Source: a virus. From it: a stretch of DNA of 64,000 nt. Both the position numbers and the translations under genes were made by a program. The notes below the pieces were generated by a model. It searched no databases and was not told the DNA's origin. It was given only the letters and a program-made list of their open reading frames with translations. The stretch is from IMG/VR virus record IMGVR_UViG_3300007513_000010, one strand, 5' to 3'. Shown here piece after piece: positions 27,642 to 38,900 of the stretch. Numbering within the stretch: position 1 is the stretch's first letter; every line of letters begins with the position of its first letter.

Positions 27642-28327
27642 ATTTAAAAGAAAAAAGAATGTATAATCTTTTGGCCCCTCAGAATTTAAGAAAATACAAC
27701 GAACTTGAAAATAGCGCAAACAACAAGGATCCTATCCGGCTTTGGGATGAACTGTTAGAGTTAAATCGCTTAGAGTCTCTAGATGTAATCCCAAAAGCAG
27801 GAAAAGAGATATATGCCTTTATAATACATACGAGAGAGGTGTCAATAAGGAATTCTGGTGTTGCGAACAAGGACCTGGCATCGATAGATCCTGCTTTTGG
27901 GTATTATGGCAAAGATGATCCGAATGGTACGACGAAAAAGTGGATCAAAGCTCATGGTTATGTAGATTTTTATTCTTCTTGTTTGCCTTTTCCTGAAGAA
28001 AGTTTAATAGGAAAGCAGGACCTTATAGAACTCCATAAAGGAAAAAGTGGATCAGCATGGTATCCAGAGTTGCTACTTGATGCATGGTCTATTGAGAGGA
28101 TTTCTAGGTTTCCATACTTTCTTGTTCCAGTCAAAAATACTGGTTCTGGCAAGCCGCAAGATCTGCCCACTGTTGGAACAATGGCTGTGGTTAAGTTTCT
28201 TGATAGTGATAATTTTTCGTATGGCGTCTTTCTTAGGTCTGCACCTGTCGAGGCCACAATAGACAAAAAGAGTAAACAGACTGCAGTTAATTATACGCAG
28301 CCAGTGCCTCTTGTGATGACCGCATAG
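27638..28327 (+). CDS. Putative baseplate spike N-terminal (gp5/VgrG OB-fold-like) protein
   Basis: LPTVGTMAVVKFLDSD resembles the P-x-VG-x-x-V-x-V-x-F motif of spike OB-folds; GTG start with a strong SD. Confidence 0.45.
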   Translation: MNLKEKRMYNLLAPQNLRKYNELENSANNKDPIRLWDELLELNRLESLDVIPKAGKEIYAFIIHTREVSIRNSGVANKDLASIDPAFGYYGKDDPNGTTKKWIKAHGYVDFYSSCLPFPEESLIGKQDLIELHKGKSGSAWYPELLLDAWSIERISRFPYFLVPVKNTGSGKPQDLPTVGTMAVVKFLDSDNFSYGVFLRSAPVEATIDKKSKQTAVNYTQPVPLVMTA

Positions 28328-28334
28328 GAAAAAG

Positions 28335-29939
28335 ATGACAGACCCAAACCAAAAACTTAAAGTTTTAAAACACTCATATCAACATAAAGGAGAGAAGCGT
28401 TACCGTATCAGTATAGTTGATACTAAGACCGGAGAAAAATTTGACGATCTTTCTCTAGATTTGAATGAGTCGGGTTACAACAACTTTGTTAACAATGGCG
28501 GCGAACAGGCCATGTGTGTTGCTTGTGATTATGTTTCTGGTCTTAAGAAAAACAAGGGCACTTCACCAGAAGAGTTATCAAGTCTCAAGGAAGACTGGCT
28601 TGAGCATGCCGAAACTTTAGCAGATGATATGGGTCTCGAAGAAAACGACCCAAGGAGGCAATTGATAGAATCTGCTGACGAGATTTCTCCACTTCCCCTG
28701 TCAGAATCGACTAAAAATCTAAAAAGCGAACTAGACCAAAAGGTCGAAGATTTAGACGGAGATGGAATTCCAGACGACCAAGACAGAATCGACGATCGAG
28801 ATTCCGACGCCCCGGGTCAACTAGAGTTTAAAAATGCTGGCAAGTATATTGATTGGCCAGAGGGTGTGACAAAGACAGGCGCCGGCGGCCAAGAGATGGA
28901 TGAGTCCTCTTTTCTTCCAAAATTTCTTGATAGAAAGGGATCCGACACTCTGTATGTCGGAAAAAACAATACTCACATAGTCCTTGGCCGCGACCGCACC
29001 GGCATATCTGATAAATCGGACAAGACCAAAACGGGAGAACCAAAAGGTTTAGGTTCCGGGTACGGCGAAGATCAGGCCGCCGGCGCAATTGATATCGTTG
29101 TTGGTCGTGGTGCTCCATATCCTTTAGGGTCTATGGAGCTGGGTCCTCTTTTCATGACCGATTGGTCCAAAAAAACCTCCCTGGCTAGAAAAAAATTAAC
29201 TGAAGGAAACAATCACCCTGGATATATGATGGACGCAGCCAGAATCTATATATCACAAAAAACAGATGTAGATTTTAATTTTGGTATAAACGACTCAGTG
29301 TCTGGATTAACCTCGCCTGTTCTGGCGAATATTAAGTCCATGGACGAAATCAAAACACTTAAGATGTTAAACGACAAGGACGGCGCCGCAAAAAGCACAC
29401 TGTCCAAGGCGAAGGTTAAACCAAATTCAGCCATCGCAATGAAGGCTGATCAAATAAGGCTAATAGCGAGAGAGGAAATTAAATTAGTCACCTCCGGACC
29501 CGAGGAGGAGTTTAATTCAGTGGGCGGAAAACTAAACTCAATCAAGGGTATTCACTTGGTTGCTGGGAACGGAGAAGATGCATTCGGCAAGGACAATTTC
29601 CAAGAACCCATACCAAAAGGAAAAAGATTGCTGTCTGCTATGGATGCTTTAGTGGGCCTCTTGCATGATTTAGCCGCGATATTGGAGGCCATATTGATGT
29701 CGCAGATGGAATTTAATGCTTTTGTTATGACTCACTTCCACCTGTCTCCGTTGTTTGGTGTCCCAACTACTCCATCACCTTTATTACCCTTTGCGGGAAT
29801 GAAAACTATGATTGATCATTTGGTTCGCGGCTATTTAGGAATAATAATGTTAAGAGTAAATCTAGGAGGCTTTGATTTAAATTATTTAAAGCCCAGCTCC
29901 AAGCAGTATATTTTGAGTAGATATAATACGACAAATTAA
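28335..29939 (+). CDS. Putative baseplate central spike protein
   Basis: Short beta-strand repeats (IVLGRDR, IDIVVGR, RIYISQ, IAMKADQIRLIARE) and an HxH (THFH) metal-site motif near the C-terminus; located upstream of gp25. Confidence 0.55.
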   Translation: MTDPNQKLKVLKHSYQHKGEKRYRISIVDTKTGEKFDDLSLDLNESGYNNFVNNGGEQAMCVACDYVSGLKKNKGTSPEELSSLKEDWLEHAETLADDMGLEENDPRRQLIESADEISPLPLSESTKNLKSELDQKVEDLDGDGIPDDQDRIDDRDSDAPGQLEFKNAGKYIDWPEGVTKTGAGGQEMDESSFLPKFLDRKGSDTLYVGKNNTHIVLGRDRTGISDKSDKTKTGEPKGLGSGYGEDQAAGAIDIVVGRGAPYPLGSMELGPLFMTDWSKKTSLARKKLTEGNNHPGYMMDAARIYISQKTDVDFNFGINDSVSGLTSPVLANIKSMDEIKTLKMLNDKDGAAKSTLSKAKVKPNSAIAMKADQIRLIAREEIKLVTSGPEEEFNSVGGKLNSIKGIHLVAGNGEDAFGKDNFQEPIPKGKRLLSAMDALVGLLHDLAAILEAILMSQMEFNAFVMTHFHLSPLFGVPTTPSPLLPFAGMKTMIDHLVRGYLGIIMLRVNLGGFDLNYLKPSSKQYILSRYNTTN

Positions 29940-29947
29940 CTTGATAG

Positions 29948-29954
29948 CTAGTTA
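29948..29954 (+). promoter_or_regulatory. Variant late promoter motif CTAGTTA
   Basis: One mismatch to CTATTTA; intergenic before the 3896-aa gene. Confidence 0.4.
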
Positions 29955-29969
29955 ATAGTAGGTTTTAAG

Positions 29970-32900
29970 ATGGCGATAGTAAAGAAAAGTTTTAGAATAA
30001 CCAGATCATATGAAGCGGCAGACGGAACACCTTCAGAGGGTGCAATTTCTTTTGGCCCACGCACACCCGGCGAACAGGGGAAAGATATATTAGCAGCTAA
30101 GATCGCCACAGGGATGGTCAGCCCAAATCCAATATTGCAAACTGGCACACCAGAAAACGAAACAGTAGAAGAGGGGGTTTGGTTTGATTGTGAATCATCA
30201 ACTCCAATTGATTTAGAGACTGGAACCCAGTTCGATAAAAAGTTTGAAATATATTTGATGAACTTTCAACTTCAACACCGCGAGGAGATTGTTAGATTTT
30301 TGATAAAAGATCTGGTAATTACTTGGCCTGATGATTCGCAAATTTTAGCAGAAGACATTATTTTTGATTCTGAGCTTGGGCTTTTGGGTGATGCCACCTT
30401 GCACGTTCTTCATGGTTGGCGCTCTCGTCACGATCAGTTTACAAATGAAGCTTTTAACCTAGCAAAACCTGAACTAGACATTGAACCCAGAGACCCTGAA
30501 GCGGAGTTTTCAGATCTTCCGGATCGGTCCACAGGGGCAAGGCAAGCCGGTGAAGCAGCTCTTATTTATGCTTCCGGAAGACTGACAAGTCAAAACCCCT
30601 TGAATGATCGCCTAGACACGGGTCCGGCATCATTTAATTATAAGATGATAGAGCCTCATCCAGAGGGATACAAGAGTCCCCTTTCAGAGGCGGTAGCTAT
30701 AACTCTCGAGCGTTCACCGCCCGTGATGCCTAATGATGATTCATTGTCTGAAGAGGAGAGAAGAAATCTTGTTATATCAGCAACAGAACCGGACCCATTC
30801 ATAGATCCAGATCCGTTTGTTTTGACAAAAGACTTGCATGGATTTTTCTATAAAACGCAATATGATTTTGACAATCCTCCGATTTTTGCCACACCAGAAG
30901 ACGAAGCTGCAGCCATAAGAAGGCTAGAAGAAAGGGCCTTAAAAGAGGTGCTAGATCACTTTTCAAAACCACACATTTGGTTTGCAAATCCAGAAAATAA
31001 TTTTTTTAAAGATGTGTGGGACCTACATTTTACTTCTAATCGCCCACGCCACTCTGGAAAGCACACAGAGCTAACTAATTGGTGCTTGGGGTATGGGGAG
31101 ATTAATGCAACTCTCGTTAAGCCAGATAGCTATCAGAACTATAGAACAATTGAAAACACCGCAGCAAAACCATTAATAGAGTTTGTAGATTTTAGGACAC
31201 CAACAAGCCGCCCGGGCGATGTATATCGTGCTTATTTTGAAATATACAAGCCAAAGTTAGATACCATAGAGATGGGTTTGGTTATATCACCAGAGGGAGA
31301 TACAACATTCAAGTCTGCCGCGCTAAAAGTGAGAGAAGAGACTCAGAAATTCCAAGAGTCCGCAGCGACATGTGCAATTGATACCGAGGAAGCCATCGCC
31401 CGGATTGCTGAGCATCGTTCATATGCTGCGAAAAGAAAAAAGGAAATCGCTCGCCGCATGAGAGAACAGGCAGCCACTGCACAGTATCGCCAAAGAAGGC
31501 AAGATTCTGCTCTTTCTTACGGCGGCCGCGAAAAGGCGTCAACTAATTTGAATTTAGGCCCACTGGGGTCTTACGATTTTTCTACTGATAACCTCACAGG
31601 TCAGCCCGGGGACAACGGCTTTCCCCGGAGATACACAACTACTGGTGTGAATTACGACCCAAGCTCTAGAACCCTTACAATACCTCAAAATAGATTAAAA
31701 AATATTGTAAATGACGCAGCTGCCATGTTGAAAAAATCAGCAAAAGATATGTCTGGCGTCTTGACGAATCCGAGTATCAATGTCTCACAAGAGGCAACAC
31801 TTTTAAAGCAGGTCCTGCCTGCGCTTGATAACTTGCTTAAATCATCGAAAGACTATCAAAAACTAGTAGAAAAAGAAGGATTCTCCTATGATCCCTTAGG
31901 AGTGAATGATCCTCCGAACAATAAACCACAACATGGCATTGATTCAAAGTTGGCTAGAATCGATTTGCAGATTAAATTTGAACCAGTTTTTAAGAATCAA
32001 GCAGAAGCTGAGCAAGGTATGGGTGACGCTTATCAGCAAGAGCTTGGCCTAAAGATTAAGAGCATCCGCGCTACGACATCGGGTAAGAGCACAATATTGA
32101 CACCACTTAATCCACCTCTTACAAAAAAGTTTAATATTAGTCCGCTCAACCGCCCCAGGACAATGAATTACTTTGCTCAAGTCGGTGAGCTGGCCAAAGG
32201 AGGCGGAGGGATCCCATTGTTGGGCGGCTCGGGCTGTGGTCTTTTAGCGCCCTCCGGTCGAGAGATAGTTTTTAAGTTTACTTCTCCAAAGTTACAAGAA
32301 ATCGGAACTGGCGATGAGGAAGCATCGGCTAGCTTTCTTGAAGATTCGTGGAATTCTGCAAGAAGTGGAGTTCAAGAATGGTGGAACACGTCTCAGAAAA
32401 ACTTGAATAGCAATAATTTTGGCATGACACCAGATTATAATATTGCAGATATTATGCCAAGTTTTGGAGACTTGTGTGAGTTTGAGGACCTATGGGATCA
32501 GTTTGTCAGCAAGTTTAGCCTTTTGGATTTAATTTGTGATTATGTAAGATGTATGAAGCTACCAAACGTTAACATAAGTTTGGACATTGACTTCAGATTG
32601 CCTCCAATTCCAAAACTTCCAACAATTGATTTTATGAATTTCCTCAGGCTATTGTTGACAGAAATGTTAATCGAGATGCTGAAAAGAATGTTGTGCTCAA
32701 TCATAAGTGCGATATTAGACGCCTTGAAGATGGATCCCTGTCCAGGAGAACTAGAAGAAGATTTGTTTGGAAACTTAGACTTTGATAGCTTGGTCCAAGG
32801 CGCAGGCGAAAATCCAATTGAGGGCCTTAACGATTTGCCAACGAACGCCCGCATCGGTGTGAAGGCCCTTTCCGAGGCGCTAGCTGACACGGGTCTGCCA

Positions 32901-35900
32901 CCGGATAGGCTAGAGGATGCTAAATCAATTATTGATGATATTTTTAAGATATTGACTCCACGGGAGATTTGTAAGCTTCTCAAGGGAGAATCAAGTAAAA
33001 GAGTTCTTACAGCTATTAAGAATTTGATAGAGTCTTTGCACGATCCTTTCTTTGCAGAGCATTTCAGTGTAGAAGAGAATATAATATACTTTTTTGAAAG
33101 CGTTGGAGTCTTCATAAGCCCGGATCTTTGCGAAGAGTTGGAAAAGGTTGACACGGTCTTGGGAGAAATCACGTGCTCAGAGATGAACGATGCGATTTCA
33201 ACTTTAAGGAGAAATCTTGAAAACAGAGGAAAGTTAGCGGAAGACGAGATTCAAAAATTATTAGATATTGCACAAGATAATTTGGATAAGCGCGCAGCTG
33301 CCTTGGGTGCTCTTATGAGTGGCGACAGTCTTGCATCTGTGGTTCCAGATCTGTTCAACCCCGGCAGTGATGACGCCTTATTATCGGCCCTGCCGGATTC
33401 ATTCAAAAACACTTTAGAGACTGCCTCAAAGGCTATTTTTGAAACAGCAAAGATGGCATATATAAATGACTTGGCAAAGTTTACACCAGCTTTATACAAC
33501 AATAAGCAATATTTGCCACAACCGGGTGACCCAGACTATAATGCACATGGCAGAATGGAGCTCGAGAAAACAACAGAGATACTGCGAATCTTTGAACAGC
33601 AACTGGGCGGATTATCGTTGGACGACGAAAGAAGACATACGGTTCCGAAGCATGTCCATGGCACGGCTTCGGGAGGTTGGGATGGATTCAGGTATAATAA
33701 TTATATTTCCAGTGGCGACGGTTCAATTGCTATAAATCTCGAAAAATTTGAAATAAACTACGCGCTTCATGAAGCTGAAAATATAAACAATTTGCCTGTG
33801 ATTAATTTGTTTACGATGAGAGAATCCTTGTACGTTGATTTTGTTGTTGACTATTACGATCCAAAAGACGGAAAAGTTTATATAGAAGACAATGAACAGT
33901 CACCTAGAATTCCTTTTTATAGGAGGCAGGAAATTCTTAAGCCTGTTGATCCGGAGAATCCAAATGGTGGGAAGATTAAAGTTTTAAGCTTGGTGAGGGC
34001 AAACAAATTCGAAAAGAATACGTCTCAACTTTGGCTAAAGAATTTCGCTGCCGACCTATCTCGAGCCGTTCGTGAGCCGCTATATGGCCCGCAGATGAAC
34101 CCAGGTTCGGTTTATCATTATGGCCCGAAGAATCCAAAATCAATAATCAACAACTATCGCGATTTGGCTTATTATTGTTATAAGTTTTACAGAAAAGCCA
34201 CAGATGGGGGCAAAAAACACAAAGACGAAAACGAATCTCGACGCGGCCATAGTGATGACGAAGCCTTGTGGAAAGGTGAACACCCGGTAGACCCAGAGAG
34301 TAACGACCATGCTCACATGTCCATCTTAAGGCTTTCCTTAATAGAAGACATAGGGAAAAGATTAGAGGCCCTATCTGGTAAAATAAGCGATGTGATGCAA
34401 CAGGGTACACTGAGAGTCACAAACAATACGGAACTCCTGCCAGAGATAAAGCCATATTTTGATAAAATTACAGAAACCATCAAGAACAGAAGAACGCAAG
34501 ACGTAGAAGAGAACCTTAGGGATGGTATTTTTGGAGAGCCGCAATTAACCCCGGAGCTTGAAGAGATACCAGTTGGGATTGAAGCTGTTGATGCTAGTTT
34601 GGATGACCAAGGCCGCCCACTGGTTTCGTTGGTTTTTGAGCCTTCGACATATATAAGAACTTTTGATGGCCGCGAGAGATACAAGAGATTTGCCTTGGAT
34701 AATCCGCCATCGATTGAGTTTATTGAAAACCCCTGGTCTCTGTCTTCGGATACTTATTCCTATACCGTAAACATCAATGACCCTTATTTGATAAAAAAGA
34801 AGATAGAGTTTGAAGAATGTTTGATAGTGCCGGACGAATTAAAGGTTTTTGTACCCAACAATGATAGCAAGTTTATTAGAAGAGATTCTTATGCTAAGCT
34901 GTTTCTCAAAGATTATCAAACGGTTCTAGATAGATACAAGATACGCATTGACAGAAACATGAACCAAAAGCTTTTAGCAGATGACTCAAAAATAAAAAAT
35001 GAACTAATAAAGGAATCAATCTATAGATCAACACTTGAATCGATGTTTGAATTTGTCTTGTTTCGACTGTCAAACTCCAATCTTTTTGATGAAAGTTATG
35101 TGAACCTTTTAGAAAAAAGAATCACAGGCACGAAATATTATGATCCAAGGACAGATTGCATACAGAATCCAACCGGTCTATCGGAAGGCAATATATTAAA
35201 ATTTGGAGACCTTATTAGTGATATGATCACAGAGGTACAAAATGAGTACGCCAAACCAGAGAATTATCCGCAAAATATGGACTTCTCTCAACCTGGACCA
35301 GTAGAGAAGGCGTTCCAAAATGTTATTGTTCGTGCAATAATAAAGATTTTTCATATTGAGTTTATGCTTCGCGGAGCACTGACAAACTCTACATACTCTC
35401 CGTCTTACTACAAAGACAACAGGCTTTTGGACAAATATTTTGAAGAATTTGTTTTGTCACAGCTAGCAAACAAGAGGGCTTTTGGCGGCGCGACATCTAA
35501 TGCGGAAGAGACAATGAATGAGTTTTATAAGGTCTTGATTAGAGTTTCTGGGGTTAGCCAAACAAGCTATAGTGAATCAAATAGAAAATTAGCACTAAGA
35601 TCACTAATACAGAAAGAAAAAGAAAAGATTCCAAACTTGTCGAACCATCTTTATCAAACTTCTACCACAAAAGATTATGTAGAAACTTTTGTAAAGCAGT
35701 TGCCAATTTTGGATGTAAAATCTTATATTCAATATACCGAACCACATCATGGCGGCGTCAACGACGCACTAAACATAAAGATGTATCAGAGGGGAAATTC
35801 GGACGCTGATATTTTTTTCATACAAGATATACCGCAAGATATGACAATCAATGGCGGCTTTTATTTGGAACATTATCTTCGATTAAATCAAAAGCCAGGA

Positions 35901-38900
35901 GCAGCCGAATCCCTAACTAATTTCAGAGTAGAGACCGGAGAAATACTAAGAGAGAAAATCTTTCAAAATTTGAGAGACTTTGCAGAAACTCAGTCATTCG
36001 CATCTCCTCCAGACAGCCCGGACGATTTAGAAATAAATGTTGACGAAATGAGGGCAAATATTGAACTGCATGCAAATGACGATGAATTCAGAGAAACAGA
36101 GGTCATTTCAGGAAGAGAACTTCAAACCCTATTATCAGACTATGTTGAGGCCAAATTGTTTTCAGATGAGGCCGAGACGGAATTAGAAAGAGAACTGAGA
36201 GAGGAATTCACATCTACACTAAATGTCCTCCGCCGCGACGAGTGCGGGATTGTTGATTTCGATTTTAATTATAGTGAAAGTTCTGAGGATATTCGAAGAA
36301 GAAGAAACGATTTAGTTGACCACCCTAGAGTGGTAAGAAGGCTTCCGTCACGACTTATAAAGAGAAACAGGACACATTTCAAGATTTCAGATTTTTTGTG
36401 GGGCAAGACGGAACCTGATAGGGAATCTTTTGTTAGGGCTTCGGATGGCAATTTAAATGAGAAATACATTAAAGATCTTTTTAAGGGGTCGGTCAATTTC
36501 GACTCCAGGGCATCAGAAGAGACAAGGTATTATGCTATTCCGATGGACGCTTGTTACCATTACGAACGTACCCGCTTTTGGGAACTAAATCACGATGACC
36601 CAGAAGTGACGGGTGAAATGTTGGATTTCTATAATCTAAATATGACAAATATTGATTCTGATGTAAACCCAGAGGAACTAAGAGGGGAAAATTACCATTA
36701 TACAAACTTTGGCGGACCCCAATATAAGATAGAGGAAATCGACGCTCCACGTGATGCTTATAAAAAGCTGCAAAGCGAACCCGGTCAGCCTTTGGTGGCA
36801 GACGGTCCCGCCCCAGTGATGTTTGGCCCTCTAGACTCAGGAGACAGTGACGATCTTCCTTCTTCTGGGGTAAAGAGAGGGGTTGTTCACCACCCTCATG
36901 TTACTTCGGTTGGGGTTATATATGACACTCTTGATACACCTTATCATCCTTTTGACCCAGCGGCACCATGGTTTTCGGAGACTAAGCAAGCTTCAGATCA
37001 GATTGAGCCGGCTTATTCAAACCATTTTGGGCTTCTGGAAAAAGAAGAGTTTCAATATGTGGTTGACATGTTTAAGGAGAATACTACTTGTACAAATACT
37101 GATACCCAAGAGGTGGAGTTTGAAGATTGGGATGAGATAGTTATAGACTTGTACGGAGAGTCGAGTGTCCCATATCATATTCCAGGTGAAAGTTTTCATC
37201 TTACTGATGAGCTTCCAATACTGACTTGGCGCGAAGTTGAATATCATGATTTTCTTTTACCCTACTGGAACACTACCAACAGCAATACCCGATCTCCAAA
37301 TTATACAAAAGTAAACTATCTTTCGACAGTTCCGCAAACGATTGGCGAAATGAGTATCCCTGATACGGAAAAGTTTATAAATCGGTTGTCCGCTTTCGAC
37401 ATATCGAATTTGGGAGTGGGAAATGTCGAATATGAGAACACCGGGCAACAACTTAATCAATATGGAGCCTACGCTTCGCCTTTTCGTTTCTCTGGGAACA
37501 CAGGGGGGTGGAAACAAGGTATACCGGAGATTATAGCTACAGAACATATGCCAGTTTTGGGAAACCTGACAGCGACCGGCCTCGACGTCGACACGGACGG
37601 CAACTACACAACGAATAAGATGAAGCCGATTTTAGGCTCCTCGAGAACGATAAGAAGAAACTCAAATGTTATTTCGGCTCCTGATAGTTGGGCAAAATAT
37701 GAAGAGGATCCACACATTAACGGCGGACACTATAATCGCGAAATATGGCGACCTCTATATTGGGACGCTATCAGAGTCTCTAGACCATTTGGTCATACGC
37801 CTATGAGTTATGAGAGCAAAATAGTAGACAAGGTAACAAGGATTTGGAGAGTCTCTTCAGACGAGGCGACTCAAAATTACCCCAATACAAATCTAGATCC
37901 AGTTTATAAAATAGAATTTAACGAAAGAGTATATGGGCCGAACACTTACTATATTCCAATTCGACTTTTGCTTACACAAGTTGTGCGCCGCGGTGGCCCC
38001 GGCCACCAATTGGCTCACTATAGAGATCACTCATCTCGTGGAGATACATTTGCAAGAGTCTTGATACCGGAACTGCTAAAGCCTCATGACTTTCCTAATC
38101 CAAGTTTAGATCCCCCTCCTGTGAATGACTTTAGAAAAGATCTTTTGCAGGAAGCCATGAATAATATATATAAGGAATATCTAGATATATTAATTACAGT
38201 TAGGAACGATTCACGACACAACTTGCATCATCAGGCAAATTTAGGATTCAGTCCCCCTAATCAGATTCTTGAAGAGGGTGATGCTAATTTTGGAGACAAT
38301 GAAACATCAGATCAAGCCCGCTGGAACCACAATTCCCAAACCCGTGCATATATTTCGAATTTGCCTACTTTTGCAAAATCGGCTTATAATAATGATTTCA
38401 ACGCAGGATTGACACAGGCAGCCGCAACCAGTAAATCTATAAATTTTCCAGCATTCTTTTCTGTGTCAAAATTATATAGCAGGGCATGCGAACTAGAGGC
38501 AGAAAAACAAATTGGTACGTTTACTTCTGATTCATCAAAAATTGATGAACAGTTTTTAAATAATCCCGGATTGTTGTTAAAAGATTGGGTAGATTTTAAC
38601 ACCTTAAACATGCCTATTAGGGACTTTACTCCAAAAACACCCATAAGACTTGCCCTAGATGGGGTCTCAAAAGATCAGGACTCGCTCTCCATCGGCGGCC
38701 GAGTGTATCATAATTGTGGTTTTGGGTTTAGGTTTCCTTTCTTTTCAAAGATAGAATCAGAAGATATTGATACGTACGATAAGGACCTTCTTGCTTACAA
38801 TAGGCAATTCAAGAGCGGCATGCCCAAGAATCTAGATCAATTGATTGACGATAGTATAAAGCCAACTTTTGGTGACGATATGGTAGCGACAATCGACACT

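Noticed and set aside
32540-33172. 210-aa minus-strand ORF and the many other short antisense or nested ORFs in the track
   Set aside because: They are shadows of long plus-strand genes, with no recognisable motifs or translation signals.
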